64,000 nucleotides of DNA, taken from positions 174,710 to 238,709 of the forward strand of contig JAHFNS010000001.1 in assembly GCA_023267215.1 (NCBI GenBank), in the 5' to 3' direction. The stretch is from Candidatus Nomurabacteria bacterium. Its GTDB lineage: Bacteria > Patescibacteriota > Minisyncoccia > Phycocordibacterales > UBA9973. The position numbers were made by a program, and so were the translations under genes. Every line of letters starts with the position of its first letter. Positions within the stretch are counted from its first letter, which is position 1. Below, one piece after another: positions 9,207 to 19,842 of this stretch. The notes below the pieces were generated by a model that was not told the DNA's origin, ran no database searches, and saw only the letters and a list, made by a program, of their open reading frames with translations.

Positions 9207-10232
9207 ATGCAAACAAAAATTATTGAGAGATATTTTTTCTTTAGTTTATTATTAGCAACTCTCGCTTTTTCTCTTTTTATTTTTCGTCCATTTTGGATAG
9301 TGTTAGTGCTTTCTATCTCTTTTTCAATAGTCCTTTTTCCTATCTATAAATGGTTTAACAAAAAATTACCCAATTGGCTCTCAGCAGTTTTGACAGTATT
9401 GATTTTTGTCATTGCGATAATGATTTTGCTTTTTGGTATAGCGATAATTGTCTTGAATCAAAGTCAGAGTGTTTATAATCTTTTTATGAATGGAAATACT
9501 TTATCGACAATAGATTCTATAAACAATTCTATTATCAAGATATTACCTCAAGGACTATCTTTCAATCTATATGAAAAAATTTCAAACATAATCTCTTTTA
9601 TAACAAACAACGTGGCTAATCTTTTCACTACTACATTATCTACAGCCTTCGCTTTCTTCCTCACTTTTCTTTCGATGTTTTATTTTTTAAAAGACAATAT
9701 GTATTGGAAAAAAGCTATTAAGCTATTAAGTCCTCTTTCAGATAATGACGATGAAAAAATAATAAACAAACTTTCTATGGCGGTAAATGGAATTTTAAAA
9801 GGATATCTTTTATTAGCTTTTATTCAAGGATCTTTGGTCGGGATTGGTTTTGCTTTATTTGGCATACCAAACCCTGCACTTTGGGCATTGGTCGCTATGG
9901 TCACAGCTCTCGTACCTACCATAGGTAGTGGACTTGTCACAATACCAGCTATAATTTTTCTTTTAATAACTGAAAGCTATCTACCAGCACTGGGTCTCAC
10001 TATTTGGGGAGTAGCCATCGTTGGTACTATCGATAACATTTTAAATCCAGTTATCATTGGAAATAAAATAAATTTACATCCAATTTTAATTATGTTTTCT
10101 GCTTTAGGTGGTATATCTCTTTTTGGTCCGATTGGTATTTTGGTCGGACCATTGACAGTGAGCTTGCTCTATACCTTGATCTCTATATATAGAGATGAAT
10201 TTCGACAAAACCAAGTGACAGACAATTTGTAA
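9207..10232 (+). CDS. AI-2E family transporter
   Basis: Multiple TM helices, IDNILNP, LHP, GG..LFG.IG..VGP. Confidence 0.88.
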   Translation: MQTKIIERYFFFSLLLATLAFSLFIFRPFWIVLVLSISFSIVLFPIYKWFNKKLPNWLSAVLTVLIFVIAIMILLFGIAIIVLNQSQSVYNLFMNGNTLSTIDSINNSIIKILPQGLSFNLYEKISNIISFITNNVANLFTTTLSTAFAFFLTFLSMFYFLKDNMYWKKAIKLLSPLSDNDDEKIINKLSMAVNGILKGYLLLAFIQGSLVGIGFALFGIPNPALWALVAMVTALVPTIGSGLVTIPAIIFLLITESYLPALGLTIWGVAIVGTIDNILNPVIIGNKINLHPILIMFSALGGISLFGPIGILVGPLTVSLLYTLISIYRDEFRQNQVTDNL

Positions 10233-10242
10233 TTTATTATAT

Positions 10243-11586
10243 ATGTCTCTAAAATTTTACAATACTTTAACTAAAGAAAAGGAAGAATTCGTACCGATTG
10301 ATAAAAAAAAGGTAAGTTTTTTTGTGTGTGGTCCTACCGTATATGATTACTCTCATTTAGGACATGGAAAAACATACACACAATTTGATGTTCTTGTTAG
10401 AGCTTTAAGATACTTTGGATATGAAGTTTTTTATCTACAGAATATTACAGATATAGATGATAAAATCATAAATCGTGCCAAAGAACAAAACATCTCTCCG
10501 AAGGAGCTATCAGAAAAATTCGAAAAAATTTATTTAGAAGACATGACAAGTTTAGGCAATACATCAATCAATAAATATGCAAGAGCTACTGATTATATTT
10601 CACAGATCATCAAACAGATTGAGACACTGATTGAAAAAGGCTATGCCTATAAAACAAGCGATGGTATTTATTTTGAAACAGCAAAATTTAAGAATTATGG
10701 AAAACTTTCCGGCCGAACAGAATTAAAAGAAGATGATGCCGTGTCTCGTATTGATGAATCAAAAGAAAAAAAGGGTTGGAATGATTTCTGTCTCTGGAAA
10801 GCGGAAAAAGAAGGCGAACCATCTTGGGATACACCTTTTGGTAAGGGACGTCCAGGTTGGCATATTGAAGATACTGCCATTACTGAAACTTTTTTCGGTC
10901 CACAATATGATATCCATGGAGGTGCAAGAGATCTAATTTTTCCTCATCACGAATGTGAAATTGCTCAAATGGAATCTGCTTCGGGTCGTTCTCCGCTTGT
11001 GAAATATTGGCTACACACTGGATTTCTGAATATAGATTCAAAAAGAATGGGTAAATCAAATGGTAATTTTAAGACACTTCGAACGATGATTGAGTTTGGT
11101 ATTTCCCCTATGTCTTTCCGTTTTTGGGTTTTAATGGCTCATTATCGTTCACCCATGAATTGGAACCAAGAAGCCTTAGAAGGCGCTGAAATAGCCCTAA
11201 AACGCTTATATAAGCTCTATATAGAGCTAGGTAAAGACTCTGGTGAAATAAGCACAAAATACCAGCAAAAGTTCAAAGAATACCTAGAAGACGACTTAGA
11301 TACACCGAGGGCAATTTCCCTACTTTGGGATGTGATAAAAGATGAGGACCTTTCTCCCGCCGATAAAAAAGCAACCATTCTTGATTTTGATAAAGTCTTT
11401 GGACTTGGTTTTGAAAATTTGAAAACAGAAAAAATTCCGGAAGAAATAATAAAAATTGCAGAAGAGCGCGAACTCGCTCGTAAAAATAAAGACTGGAAAA
11501 AATCTGACGAACTAAGAGATAAAATAATTTCCCTAGGATATGAAATAAAAGATTCTTCCGACGGCTACAAAATTTCTAAGATTTAA
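10243..11586 (+). CDS. cysS: Cysteinyl-tRNA synthetase
   Basis: CGPTVYD..HLGH, NITDIDDKII, GRPGWHIE, FPHHE, RMGKS. Confidence 0.97.
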   Translation: MSLKFYNTLTKEKEEFVPIDKKKVSFFVCGPTVYDYSHLGHGKTYTQFDVLVRALRYFGYEVFYLQNITDIDDKIINRAKEQNISPKELSEKFEKIYLEDMTSLGNTSINKYARATDYISQIIKQIETLIEKGYAYKTSDGIYFETAKFKNYGKLSGRTELKEDDAVSRIDESKEKKGWNDFCLWKAEKEGEPSWDTPFGKGRPGWHIEDTAITETFFGPQYDIHGGARDLIFPHHECEIAQMESASGRSPLVKYWLHTGFLNIDSKRMGKSNGNFKTLRTMIEFGISPMSFRFWVLMAHYRSPMNWNQEALEGAEIALKRLYKLYIELGKDSGEISTKYQQKFKEYLEDDLDTPRAISLLWDVIKDEDLSPADKKATILDFDKVFGLGFENLKTEKIPEEIIKIAEERELARKNKDWKKSDELRDKIISLGYEIKDSSDGYKISKI

Positions 11587-12560
11587 TTATCCCAATTAAA
11601 ATTTCTACCAAAATGTCCCCATTTGGAAGTTTCAGCAAAATTTACATTTTCTAAATCTAAAAAATTTTTTATACCTTTAGGAGTCAAATTATATTCTGTT
11701 TGTGTATTTATTTTTATTTCCACACCATCTAAAATTGCTACAGCCATCACTGGCTCTGGTTTACCAATAGCATAAGCAAGTTTTACAAATACTTCTTTAG
11801 CTTTACCACTTTTTATAAAATCTACTGCTATCTTCCGAGCGATGTATGCTCCACTTCTATCTACTTTCGTATAATCTTTTCCAGAAAAAGAACCACCACC
11901 AATAGGAATTTCTGGTCCATAATTATCAATCACTAACTTCCTACCAGACAAACCTGTATCCGCATCAAAACCACCTTGAATCCATTCACCTGCAGGATTG
12001 ATTAAATACTGTGCCCCGTCGCTCGAGAGCGACTGGGGTTTTTTTGTTTCTATTATATTTTTTACTAATGGTAATAACTCTTCATTTTTTGTATTTTGGA
12101 AACTCACCACAACTGTCTCCACTTCACCATTATTTAATGTCACTTGTACTTTTCCATCATAGGGATATTTTTCAAAAACCCTCTCACATAAATCTCTTGC
12201 AAGTTCATACTCAGGTGGCATCATACTTTCCGTATCACTCGTCGCATATCCTTTCATTATTCCTTGGTCTCCTGCTCCACCTATATCTACTCCGAGTGCA
12301 ATACTAGGACTTTGTTTTGATAAATTAATTATTATTTTAAAATCTTCTCCGACTATTTCTTTTACTATTTTTTCTAATAGAGGAGACGCATGGCTCGTCA
12401 CTTCACCATTGATAGTTATCAACTTATGTCCACCCATCACTTCCACAGCCACTCGGCTATTTTTGTCTTCCGCCAAATAAGCATCTAAAATAGAATCAGC
12501 AATAAAATCACAGATTTTATCAGGGTGTTTAGGGCTCACAAATTCGGCTGTTTTTATCAT
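11583..12560 (-). CDS. metK: S-adenosylmethionine synthetase (compact)
   Basis: HPDKICD, GAGDQG, DTGLSGRK, GGGSFSGKD.TKVDRSGAY, GHFG. Confidence 0.95.
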   Translation of the reverse strand: MIKTAEFVSPKHPDKICDFIADSILDAYLAEDKNSRVAVEVMGGHKLITINGEVTSHASPLLEKIVKEIVGEDFKIIINLSKQSPSIALGVDIGGAGDQGIMKGYATSDTESMMPPEYELARDLCERVFEKYPYDGKVQVTLNNGEVETVVVSFQNTKNEELLPLVKNIIETKKPQSLSSDGAQYLINPAGEWIQGGFDADTGLSGRKLVIDNYGPEIPIGGGSFSGKDYTKVDRSGAYIARKIAVDFIKSGKAKEVFVKLAYAIGKPEPVMAVAILDGVEIKINTQTEYNLTPKGIKNFLDLENVNFAETSKWGHFGRNFNWDN

Positions 12561-12621
12561 AAGTAAATCTAGTATAACAATAATTTTGCAAAATATGCAA
12601 TAATTTAGTAATCTTATAACT

Positions 12622-13515
12622 ATGATAGATAAAATAATAAATACGAAAAATATAAATGGATCTGAAGTAATATTATTAAGCGCTCCTTATGAAGGAAGTG
12701 TATCTTTTATGACAGGAACAACAAAAGCACCTCAAAAAATAATCGACTGCTTGGATAATTCTTTAGAACTTTTTGATACAGAATTACTTTGTGAACCAGG
12801 TAATAATATAAAAACTGCACATAAAAAAATTACTGGATTAGAAAAACTTAATTCAGAAAAAGCTGTTAAAAAAATAAAATCAGAATATTTAAACTTATTT
12901 AGTAATAAAAAATTTATAATTATTCTAGGAGGAGAACACACTGTATCTTTAGGGGCATTTGAATCAATTTCTAAAAAAGAAAATCCAAAAGATATAACTA
13001 TATTACAAATAGATGCTCATCAAGATTTGCGAAATGATAATAGCGATTATAGTAATGAAAAAAATAAATATGCTCATTCTTGTGTGATGCGTAGAGCTCA
13101 TGAACTTGGTTTTAATTTAGTACAAGTCGGCATTCGTACTTTTTCTAAATATGAATATGAATACACAGAAAAAAATAAAAAAACTATTACAGTTTTCCCT
13201 TGGAATAAAAACAATAAAATCCCAAAAATTGAAAATATTATAAAATCTATCAAAACCAAAAACGTATATTTATCACTTGATGTAGATGGCATAGATCCAA
13301 GTTTCATGCCTGGTACTGGTACTCCAGTTCAAGGAGGACTCGATTGGAATTACACACTTAATTTAATAGAAAAATTATTTGAGAAAAAAAATATAATAGG
13401 CGCAGATATTGTGGAAGTTTCTCCACAAAGAGATTCTGTACTTACAGAATTTGGGGCAGCTTTATTGTGTTATAAAATAATGACTTACAAATTTAAACAA
13501 AAATTACTTTCTTAA
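12622..13515 (+). CDS. speB: Agmatinase (ureohydrolase family)
   Basis: GGEHTVS, DAHQD, SLDVDGIDP, PGTGTP, DIVEV. Confidence 0.9.
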   Translation: MIDKIINTKNINGSEVILLSAPYEGSVSFMTGTTKAPQKIIDCLDNSLELFDTELLCEPGNNIKTAHKKITGLEKLNSEKAVKKIKSEYLNLFSNKKFIIILGGEHTVSLGAFESISKKENPKDITILQIDAHQDLRNDNSDYSNEKNKYAHSCVMRRAHELGFNLVQVGIRTFSKYEYEYTEKNKKTITVFPWNKNNKIPKIENIIKSIKTKNVYLSLDVDGIDPSFMPGTGTPVQGGLDWNYTLNLIEKLFEKKNIIGADIVEVSPQRDSVLTEFGAALLCYKIMTYKFKQKLLS

Positions 13516-14083
13516 AAATTTTTTTATGTAGAATAGCAAAACTAATTATCGCATTAATTAATATAAAATAAATACCTAAAGAATATATAGAAAAAGTCCA
13601 ATCTTTTATAATTAGCAACCCTATTATATTGTTAACAATTCCTAACATGTAAAGACCCGCATTTTCTGTTTCGGGGAACTTCCAAGATTTTACAATAGTA
13701 GGAACAGCAGCTAATCCATCACTTAAAATCACAAAAAGAATTGATATTTCTAAACTATGAGTAAATACATAAAGCACTAATGCTAATAAAGAAAGAATTC
13801 CACAAATTAAATCAAAAAGTGTAATCTTCCAATAACCATTTCTCAAAATCAAAGAATAAATAATAACCAAAAGAGGACAAAAACCTGATGCAAATACCGG
13901 AAATACAGAAAAACCCGCTCCAGCTTTAAGCTGAAAATATACTCCCAAAAATGGTGCTAACATCCAAATGAACCAAGAAACTAGGTTTGGCTTAGCATGT
14001 CCTAAATACATGCTCCTTAAATAAAGAAAATCTCCTATTAAACTTATTACAACCGCTATAATAATTATTTTTTCTGACAACAT
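13493..14083 (-). CDS. Hypothetical multi-pass membrane protein
   Basis: About 7 hydrophobic segments; KPNLVSWFIW and PTIVKSWKFPETE motifs. Confidence 0.75.
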   Translation of the reverse strand: MLSEKIIIIAVVISLIGDFLYLRSMYLGHAKPNLVSWFIWMLAPFLGVYFQLKAGAGFSVFPVFASGFCPLLVIIYSLILRNGYWKITLFDLICGILSLLALVLYVFTHSLEISILFVILSDGLAAVPTIVKSWKFPETENAGLYMLGIVNNIIGLLIIKDWTFSIYSLGIYFILINAIISFAILHKKIFKKVIFV

Positions 14084-14086
14084 AAA

Positions 14087-14121
14087 TGTGGATAACTGCC
14101 CCTAAGCTGGGCTTAGGGGCA
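14087..14121. repeat. DnaA box plus CTAAGC-nnn-GCTTAG palindrome (family A)
   Basis: TGTGGATAA followed by TGCCCCTAAGC-TGG-GCTTAGGGGCA; related copies at 39249, 41008, 50634. Confidence 0.8.
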
Positions 14122-15834
14122 CTAATATATTTCTTGCTGATAACATCGTTCACAATAAACAATCTCTGATCTATCCGGTGCATATGTCGTTTCAAATTCA
14201 TTTTGACAACCTTCTTTCATACATTTTCTGTGCCAAAGTTTTAAAGGATTTCTCAAATTGATACGTTGATAATGTCGGCAGTTTGGACAAAGTCTCGGTA
14301 AAGGCAAATTCATTCTTTTGTAAAATTTTAATTCCTCTGGAAAAATTCTAAATGCTTCTGTGCATTGTTCTTTGCATTTACCAGCATGCTCACAAGCTAT
14401 AACTTTATTTATTATGTCATCTGTAATATCTTTAATACCATCTGGTATATCCGTGCATTCTATATCAATCTTATAATTTCTAATTTCTGCATCTTCCCAA
14501 TTATAACCTTTCTCAATTGCTTCTCTTTTGTCTAACGGAAAATATTCCTGAGCAATACTTTCATTATAAGCAAAAGGTGAAAGCTCGCTCGGGAAAAATT
14601 CTCCATATTTATATGTTCTTCCTTTTTTATCTACATATGGCATATCGTCCATATGTTTGATAATTTTAGGAATTAAATCTTCATACTCTTCTTTTGTGTA
14701 CTGTTTATTTAAAATACAGTATTGTTTTTTATATAGACCCTCACAACCAAAGATATTTAAACAATCATGACATTCTTCATTGTATCTTGAATCTTGATTT
14801 GAAAAATTTCTAATACCAAAAGCCCCGTTTGATCCACCAAAACCATGAGCAATCTCATAGAGAAGTTCCGCATTAAAGCCTTGAAATGAAGTATCATAAC
14901 TATCTTTGGTATTATTTCTGCTAAAAAATAGATACTTCGAATTTTCAGCTTGTCTAGAACTAAAAGAATTGTGGGTATTTCTAACTTCATATAAATCATC
15001 CCCATTAGAATTAATAGATTTGTATATATGGGCGTAGCGATGTGGTATTTTTAAATTGAGTTTTTTTAATTTTTCTAAATTATCAAGATGTATTTTATAA
15101 CTACCAATATTATTTGATTTAATAAATTCTTGATATTTTTCCTTTGTGTATTGCTGATTGAAAATATTATATTGTTTATTTACAAGTCCAACACAACCAA
15201 AACAATTCATACAATTTCTACAATCTAACAAATAATAACTATCAATACAATCTGTACAGTTATAACTAAAAAATAAAAGATTTGTTCGTGCGCATTCAAA
15301 AAGTTCATAACTAAATTGTATTTTTTCTGAAAAAGCTATATCTAAAGAATCTTGAGAATCAAAAATTTGATTACTAAAATAAACTCGTTCATTATTTATT
15401 CCACCAAATAAAAGATAGCATTCTTTAAGATCAAGACCATAATTACAATATTCGCTTGAAACAAAATTAGTCTGATATAAATTAGATCTTGGAACTTCTA
15501 ATTGTAATAATTGAAATTGACTAAAAAATGGAACAGAAAAATCATACTCACGACCATAATCTAATGGATTCCATTCATCAGAAAGCCAACAATCATGACA
15601 ATAAATTATATATAGTCTTTTTTTGCTATAAACACTAAGTATAGATTTTTTACATATAACACACTCATGTCTATAAAATACACGATTATTGCGAAATAAT
15701 AACCTTTTTTGAAATCGACAGTCCGGACAAAATGTTGGAGCTGGAACTTTTATTTTTTCGTAGAATTTAAAATCTTCGGGCTCTATAATGAAATCCTTCT
15801 TACAGTTTTGACAATTTTTTGTTTCAGAATTCAT
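14122..15834 (-). CDS. Cys-rich multi-zinc-module protein, paralog 1
   Basis: CQNC..CPDC, CxxC-x17-CxxC, DFS, two copies of FGC..L..K.Y.I.N.QYTKE, YGEFFP, C-terminal Cys module. Confidence 0.9.
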   Translation of the reverse strand: MNSETKNCQNCKKDFIIEPEDFKFYEKIKVPAPTFCPDCRFQKRLLFRNNRVFYRHECVICKKSILSVYSKKRLYIIYCHDCWLSDEWNPLDYGREYDFSVPFFSQFQLLQLEVPRSNLYQTNFVSSEYCNYGLDLKECYLLFGGINNERVYFSNQIFDSQDSLDIAFSEKIQFSYELFECARTNLLFFSYNCTDCIDSYYLLDCRNCMNCFGCVGLVNKQYNIFNQQYTKEKYQEFIKSNNIGSYKIHLDNLEKLKKLNLKIPHRYAHIYKSINSNGDDLYEVRNTHNSFSSRQAENSKYLFFSRNNTKDSYDTSFQGFNAELLYEIAHGFGGSNGAFGIRNFSNQDSRYNEECHDCLNIFGCEGLYKKQYCILNKQYTKEEYEDLIPKIIKHMDDMPYVDKKGRTYKYGEFFPSELSPFAYNESIAQEYFPLDKREAIEKGYNWEDAEIRNYKIDIECTDIPDGIKDITDDIINKVIACEHAGKCKEQCTEAFRIFPEELKFYKRMNLPLPRLCPNCRHYQRINLRNPLKLWHRKCMKEGCQNEFETTYAPDRSEIVYCERCYQQEIY

Positions 15835-15840
15835 GATTTA

Positions 15841-15872
15841 TCTATTCTATAATTCTATAGAATATTAGAATA
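15841..15872. repeat. AT-rich palindrome (family B) upstream of paralog 1
   Basis: TCTATTCTATAATTCTATAGAATATTAGAATA; near-identical inverted copy at 22200-22230. Confidence 0.75.
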
Positions 15873-15874
15873 CT

Positions 15875-16534
15875 TTAAATCCCCTCTTTTTTAAGTTCTT
15901 CTAGAAGTTCGCGGGCTTTTTTGGAAATTTTGTTTGGTATTCTAAAATTTATTTTTATATATAAATCACCTGCTTTTCCGTTTTTTATTGCCTCACCATA
16001 ACCTGTCATTTTGATAGTCTGTTTATTGTGAATACCAGCAGAAATTTTTATAATTACTTCTTTGTTTCCACTTACTACTATCTTTTTCTCTACACCTAAA
16101 ATAGAATCAATTAAAGAAATATATATATCCATCTGCATATCTCTTCCACGAGGAGTCCGCGTAAACCCCCCTCTACCTCCAGTGAAAAAATCACTGAATA
16201 TATCATTCAAATTTCCAAAATCAAAATCTACATTCCCACCTTGGAAACCTCCACCGAAACCAGAAAAATCAAAACCTTCAAAACCACCTTGTCTAGCTCC
16301 TCCATAACCACCTGCACCCATATTTTCAAAACCAGAGCCAAATTGGTCGTATTTTGCGCGTTTAGTGTCATCTGAAAGCACTTGGTAAGCTTCATTTACT
16401 TCTTTAAATTTTGCTTCATTCCCTTCTTTTTTGTCAGGATGATATTTGTGCGCCAACTTATAAAAAGCCTTCTTTATTTCGTCTTTGGAAGCACCTTTAT
16501 TTATACCTAAAACTTCATAATAATCCTTACTCAT
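15875..16534 (-). CDS. dnaJ: Short J-domain chaperone (DnaJ/CbpA-like, no zinc finger)
   Basis: DYYEVLG, HPD, G/F region, DIF motif, single C-terminal domain with GDLY. Confidence 0.85.
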   Translation of the reverse strand: MSKDYYEVLGINKGASKDEIKKAFYKLAHKYHPDKKEGNEAKFKEVNEAYQVLSDDTKRAKYDQFGSGFENMGAGGYGGARQGGFEGFDFSGFGGGFQGGNVDFDFGNLNDIFSDFFTGGRGGFTRTPRGRDMQMDIYISLIDSILGVEKKIVVSGNKEVIIKISAGIHNKQTIKMTGYGEAIKNGKAGDLYIKINFRIPNKISKKARELLEELKKEGI

Positions 16535-16541
16535 AGGGCTA

Positions 16542-18038
16542 TTATATCATAGGTTCAGCTTCTACTGAAGTCTTGTTTTTTGTTCCAATCTCTGATGAAC
16601 TTTCTTCATTTTCTTCTCCTTCTTCTTTCTTTTTTCCCTTTCCTTCAATTATAGCTTTCTCTTCCGCACTTCGGATAATCGTCGCTTCTTCTTCAGCAAT
16701 TAATCTTGCAGCATCATCTTTCGAAATTGAATATTTTTCTCGAGAAGAAGCAATTATTTCTTCTCTACAAGAACGATGAGTGGGAGGCAAAACTCGTAAA
16801 GTTTCTGCTGAAAATGGATCGTAAGATTCTCCATCGATAGTCATCTTAACGAAAATTTCTCCGACAGCAAGATTGATCATATCTTTTACAGCAAATATCG
16901 GATCAAATTCTGGCTTCATTTTTACCGCATCTTCACCACCAACACGAAAAGTAATGAGACTACCACAATTACCGAGCACAGCTTGATGAACTTTCGGAAT
17001 AATTTGTCCGACATATTGATGCGCAATGGTTAAATTCAATCCGTATTTTCTAGCCTCTGATAAAATATTTTCAAAAGTTTGCGTAACAACATTTTGGAAC
17101 TCATCTACATATAGGTAAAAGTCTTTACGATCTCGCTCTGGTATGGCAGCTCGCTCCATTCCTGCTTGTTTTATTTTCGTCAAAAACATTGAACCCAAAA
17201 AGGAAGAGTTCTCTTCTCCCAAACGTCCTTTTGATAAATTAATAAGAATAATTTTTTCTTCATTCATTAATTTACTTATATCTATTTTATTTTGCTTCTG
17301 TCCAAAAATATTTCGGAGTAATGGATCAGAAAGAAACTGCCCGAGTTTGTTGACGAGTGGGATGATAGCGTCTGTATCAAATTTTTCAGACCAATCGGCA
17401 AATTCGATAGCGAAGAATCTTTTGACCATGTCGTCTGTAATATACTCGACAACTTTTTGTCTATAATTTCTATCAGTCAACATTGAGATCATTCCACGCA
17501 TCGTGGCATGAGGATAGTCTAAAAGCGCCAAACAAGTAAAACGAAAAACGTGCTCCAAACGTGGAGTCCAGTTTGCACCGAATTGTTTCTGAAAAACTTC
17601 GATCAAACCTTGAGTAAGTTGAAACTTAAAAGTTGGTTCAACATTTGCGAGCGGATTAAAGGACGCTGGAAAATCAACATCTGCTGGATCAATAATACAA
17701 ACATCCGCTACTCTTTCCTTAGGAATATAATCAAGTATTGCATCAATAACATCTCCGTGTGGGTCGATCAAACATAAACCATGTTTGTAAGTAATATCTT
17801 GCCGTAAAAAAAGTTCCAATAATTTTGTTTTTCCGACACCTGACTTTCCAATAATATATAAGTGTCTTCTTCTGTCTATTCGTTTAATACCAAAAATAAA
17901 TTTCTTCTCTTCTAAAGAAGCAACATAATTTGTACGTCCAAAAAAAGAAACCTCTTCCGGGTCAACCTTTCCAAAAACAGGAAGCTCTGGTGGTGGTGGA
18001 GCGTATTTGATTATTTGCACTCGATTTGGCTTCGGCAT
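16542..18038 (-). CDS. VirB4/TrwB/HerA-like (DUF87-type) ATPase
   Basis: Walker [15 protein letters not shown], Walker [20 protein letters not shown]. Confidence 0.88.
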   Translation of the reverse strand: MPKPNRVQIIKYAPPPPELPVFGKVDPEEVSFFGRTNYVASLEEKKFIFGIKRIDRRRHLYIIGKSGVGKTKLLELFLRQDITYKHGLCLIDPHGDVIDAILDYIPKERVADVCIIDPADVDFPASFNPLANVEPTFKFQLTQGLIEVFQKQFGANWTPRLEHVFRFTCLALLDYPHATMRGMISMLTDRNYRQKVVEYITDDMVKRFFAIEFADWSEKFDTDAIIPLVNKLGQFLSDPLLRNIFGQKQNKIDISKLMNEEKIILINLSKGRLGEENSSFLGSMFLTKIKQAGMERAAIPERDRKDFYLYVDEFQNVVTQTFENILSEARKYGLNLTIAHQYVGQIIPKVHQAVLGNCGSLITFRVGGEDAVKMKPEFDPIFAVKDMINLAVGEIFVKMTIDGESYDPFSAETLRVLPPTHRSCREEIIASSREKYSISKDDAARLIAEEEATIIRSAEEKAIIEGKGKKKEEGEENEESSSEIGTKNKTSVEAEPMI

Positions 18039-18087
18039 ATTTGATTATTCTAGCATAAATCACCACCCCTTTCATCCCCTAGCCCAT

Positions 18088-18129
18088 ATTCACCTCACCC
18101 CTGCCCCTCTCCTTAGTGAAATAGAGGGG
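18088..18129. repeat. CCCCTCTCCTT-type palindromic element (family D), intergenic
   Basis: ATTCACCTCACCCCTGCCCCTCTCCTTAGTGAAATAGAGGGG, similar to 26501-26541 and 22441-22476. Confidence 0.75.
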
Positions 18130-18132
18130 TTT

Positions 18133-19839
18133 TTAATATACCTCTTTATTATAACAACTCTTACAAAATATTTTTGGTGCTTCTTCTTTAGTGTAATGGG
18201 TTTTAAAATTAATACCACATTTGTCGCAATTTCTATCAACTTGTTTCATTTGAGAAACCCATATCTTTGCTTTTTCTTCTATTCTACAAAATGGACACTG
18301 TCTAGAAAGAGGCACATTTAATTTTTTTACTAAATCAAGTTCTTGTTTTGCTATTCTGTACCCTCTTGGACAAACACTGCATTTTATAATTTCTTTTAAA
18401 ATTTTGTCATCAGTATTTTTGATATTATCTGGAATTTCTGAAGAATCCAGTGTTATTGGATATTTTTCAAAAAAATGATTACGCCATTTCAATTTATATT
18501 CTTCGACTTCTTTTTCTGTTTTTGGAAATAAAAAGTTAGCATAAGAGTTATTATAAGCGTGTGGAGAAAATTCCATTGGGAAAAATTCTCCATATTTGTA
18601 GATATTTCCTTTTTTGTCTACATATGGCATTTTATTCATGTGTTCAATAATTTTTTCTTTCAATCTAAAATATTCTTCTTTTGTGTATTGTTTATTTAAA
18701 ATACAGTATTTTTTATTTCTTAAAGAGATACATCCAAAACAATCTGACCCTCCGACAACTGACTTACAATATTCTGCATCATTTAATCCCCACCCAGATT
18801 CATGGCTAAATTTAACATTAAATGGGTTCTCCCCGACTGTCACACATTCATAAATCAATTCAGCATTAAATCCCCAATCTACATAATCATAACTATCTTT
18901 CGTAGAGCCTTCTTTCATAAGCATAAGATATTTAGAATTTTCACAGTTTGTAACATCAAAACATTCTTGGCAATTTTTTGATCTAAAAACATAACTACCC
19001 GAAACATTTTTACTTTGAGTTGCCCATACTGGTTGAGGAATATTTTCTTTAAAATATTCCTGCGCTTTTTCTTTCCAATATTGATATTGTTTATATGAAC
19101 CTAAATCAATACTTTTCATTTTATTTTTATATTCCTCTTCAGAAAGTTTCTCACCCATAAATATATATGACCCATTTTTAACATTCACAGCACCCAAACA
19201 ATGATGCACCCCCTCGCAATCTCGAAGAAAGGCACTATCATAACAAAATCTATTATTACTCAAAGATCCTACAATATTAAAAGATTTAAAGAGGTTCGAG
19301 CAATCAAAACACTTTTCTGAATCAAAAACAACTGAACACATATATAAATCTTTATTTCTGGTTAGCCAAAAACTAGAGACACAATCTTCATTGTAATCCG
19401 AGTAATAAACTAAATATAAATTTTTTGAGTGAGCGACATGGTTAACATATGGAGAAGTTTTAATAGTCGCAAAATCGACATGTAAACTCAAAACAGGAGT
19501 TTTTTGCAAAAGTTCTCTCCATTGTTCCAAAAATGGTCTAGAAAAATCAATATTCATACCCATAACAAATGGATCCCAGTTATCACTCCACCAACATTTA
19601 ACACAGTAAACAGTAAAAGGCGTATTTGGTTCATACATAGAAAACCCTTCTTCTCCACAAAGATCACATTTCCGTTTAAATAAAGTAAAATTCGGCATCC
19701 AAATTAATCTTCTTTGTAATCGACAAGATGGGCAAAAAGTTGGTGGTGGAACTTTTATCTTTTCATAAAATCCAAAATCATCTGGCTCGATGATAAAGTC
19801 TTTTTTGCAATTTTTACATTGTCGCATTTCACTTTGCAT
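18133..19839 (-). CDS. Cys-rich multi-zinc-module protein, paralog 2
   Basis: Same architecture as paralog 1; YGEFFP; C-terminal CDKC-x17-CKSC. Confidence 0.9.
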   Translation of the reverse strand: MQSEMRQCKNCKKDFIIEPDDFGFYEKIKVPPPTFCPSCRLQRRLIWMPNFTLFKRKCDLCGEEGFSMYEPNTPFTVYCVKCWWSDNWDPFVMGMNIDFSRPFLEQWRELLQKTPVLSLHVDFATIKTSPYVNHVAHSKNLYLVYYSDYNEDCVSSFWLTRNKDLYMCSVVFDSEKCFDCSNLFKSFNIVGSLSNNRFCYDSAFLRDCEGVHHCLGAVNVKNGSYIFMGEKLSEEEYKNKMKSIDLGSYKQYQYWKEKAQEYFKENIPQPVWATQSKNVSGSYVFRSKNCQECFDVTNCENSKYLMLMKEGSTKDSYDYVDWGFNAELIYECVTVGENPFNVKFSHESGWGLNDAEYCKSVVGGSDCFGCISLRNKKYCILNKQYTKEEYFRLKEKIIEHMNKMPYVDKKGNIYKYGEFFPMEFSPHAYNNSYANFLFPKTEKEVEEYKLKWRNHFFEKYPITLDSSEIPDNIKNTDDKILKEIIKCSVCPRGYRIAKQELDLVKKLNVPLSRQCPFCRIEEKAKIWVSQMKQVDRNCDKCGINFKTHYTKEEAPKIFCKSCYNKEVY

Positions 19840-19842
19840 AAA

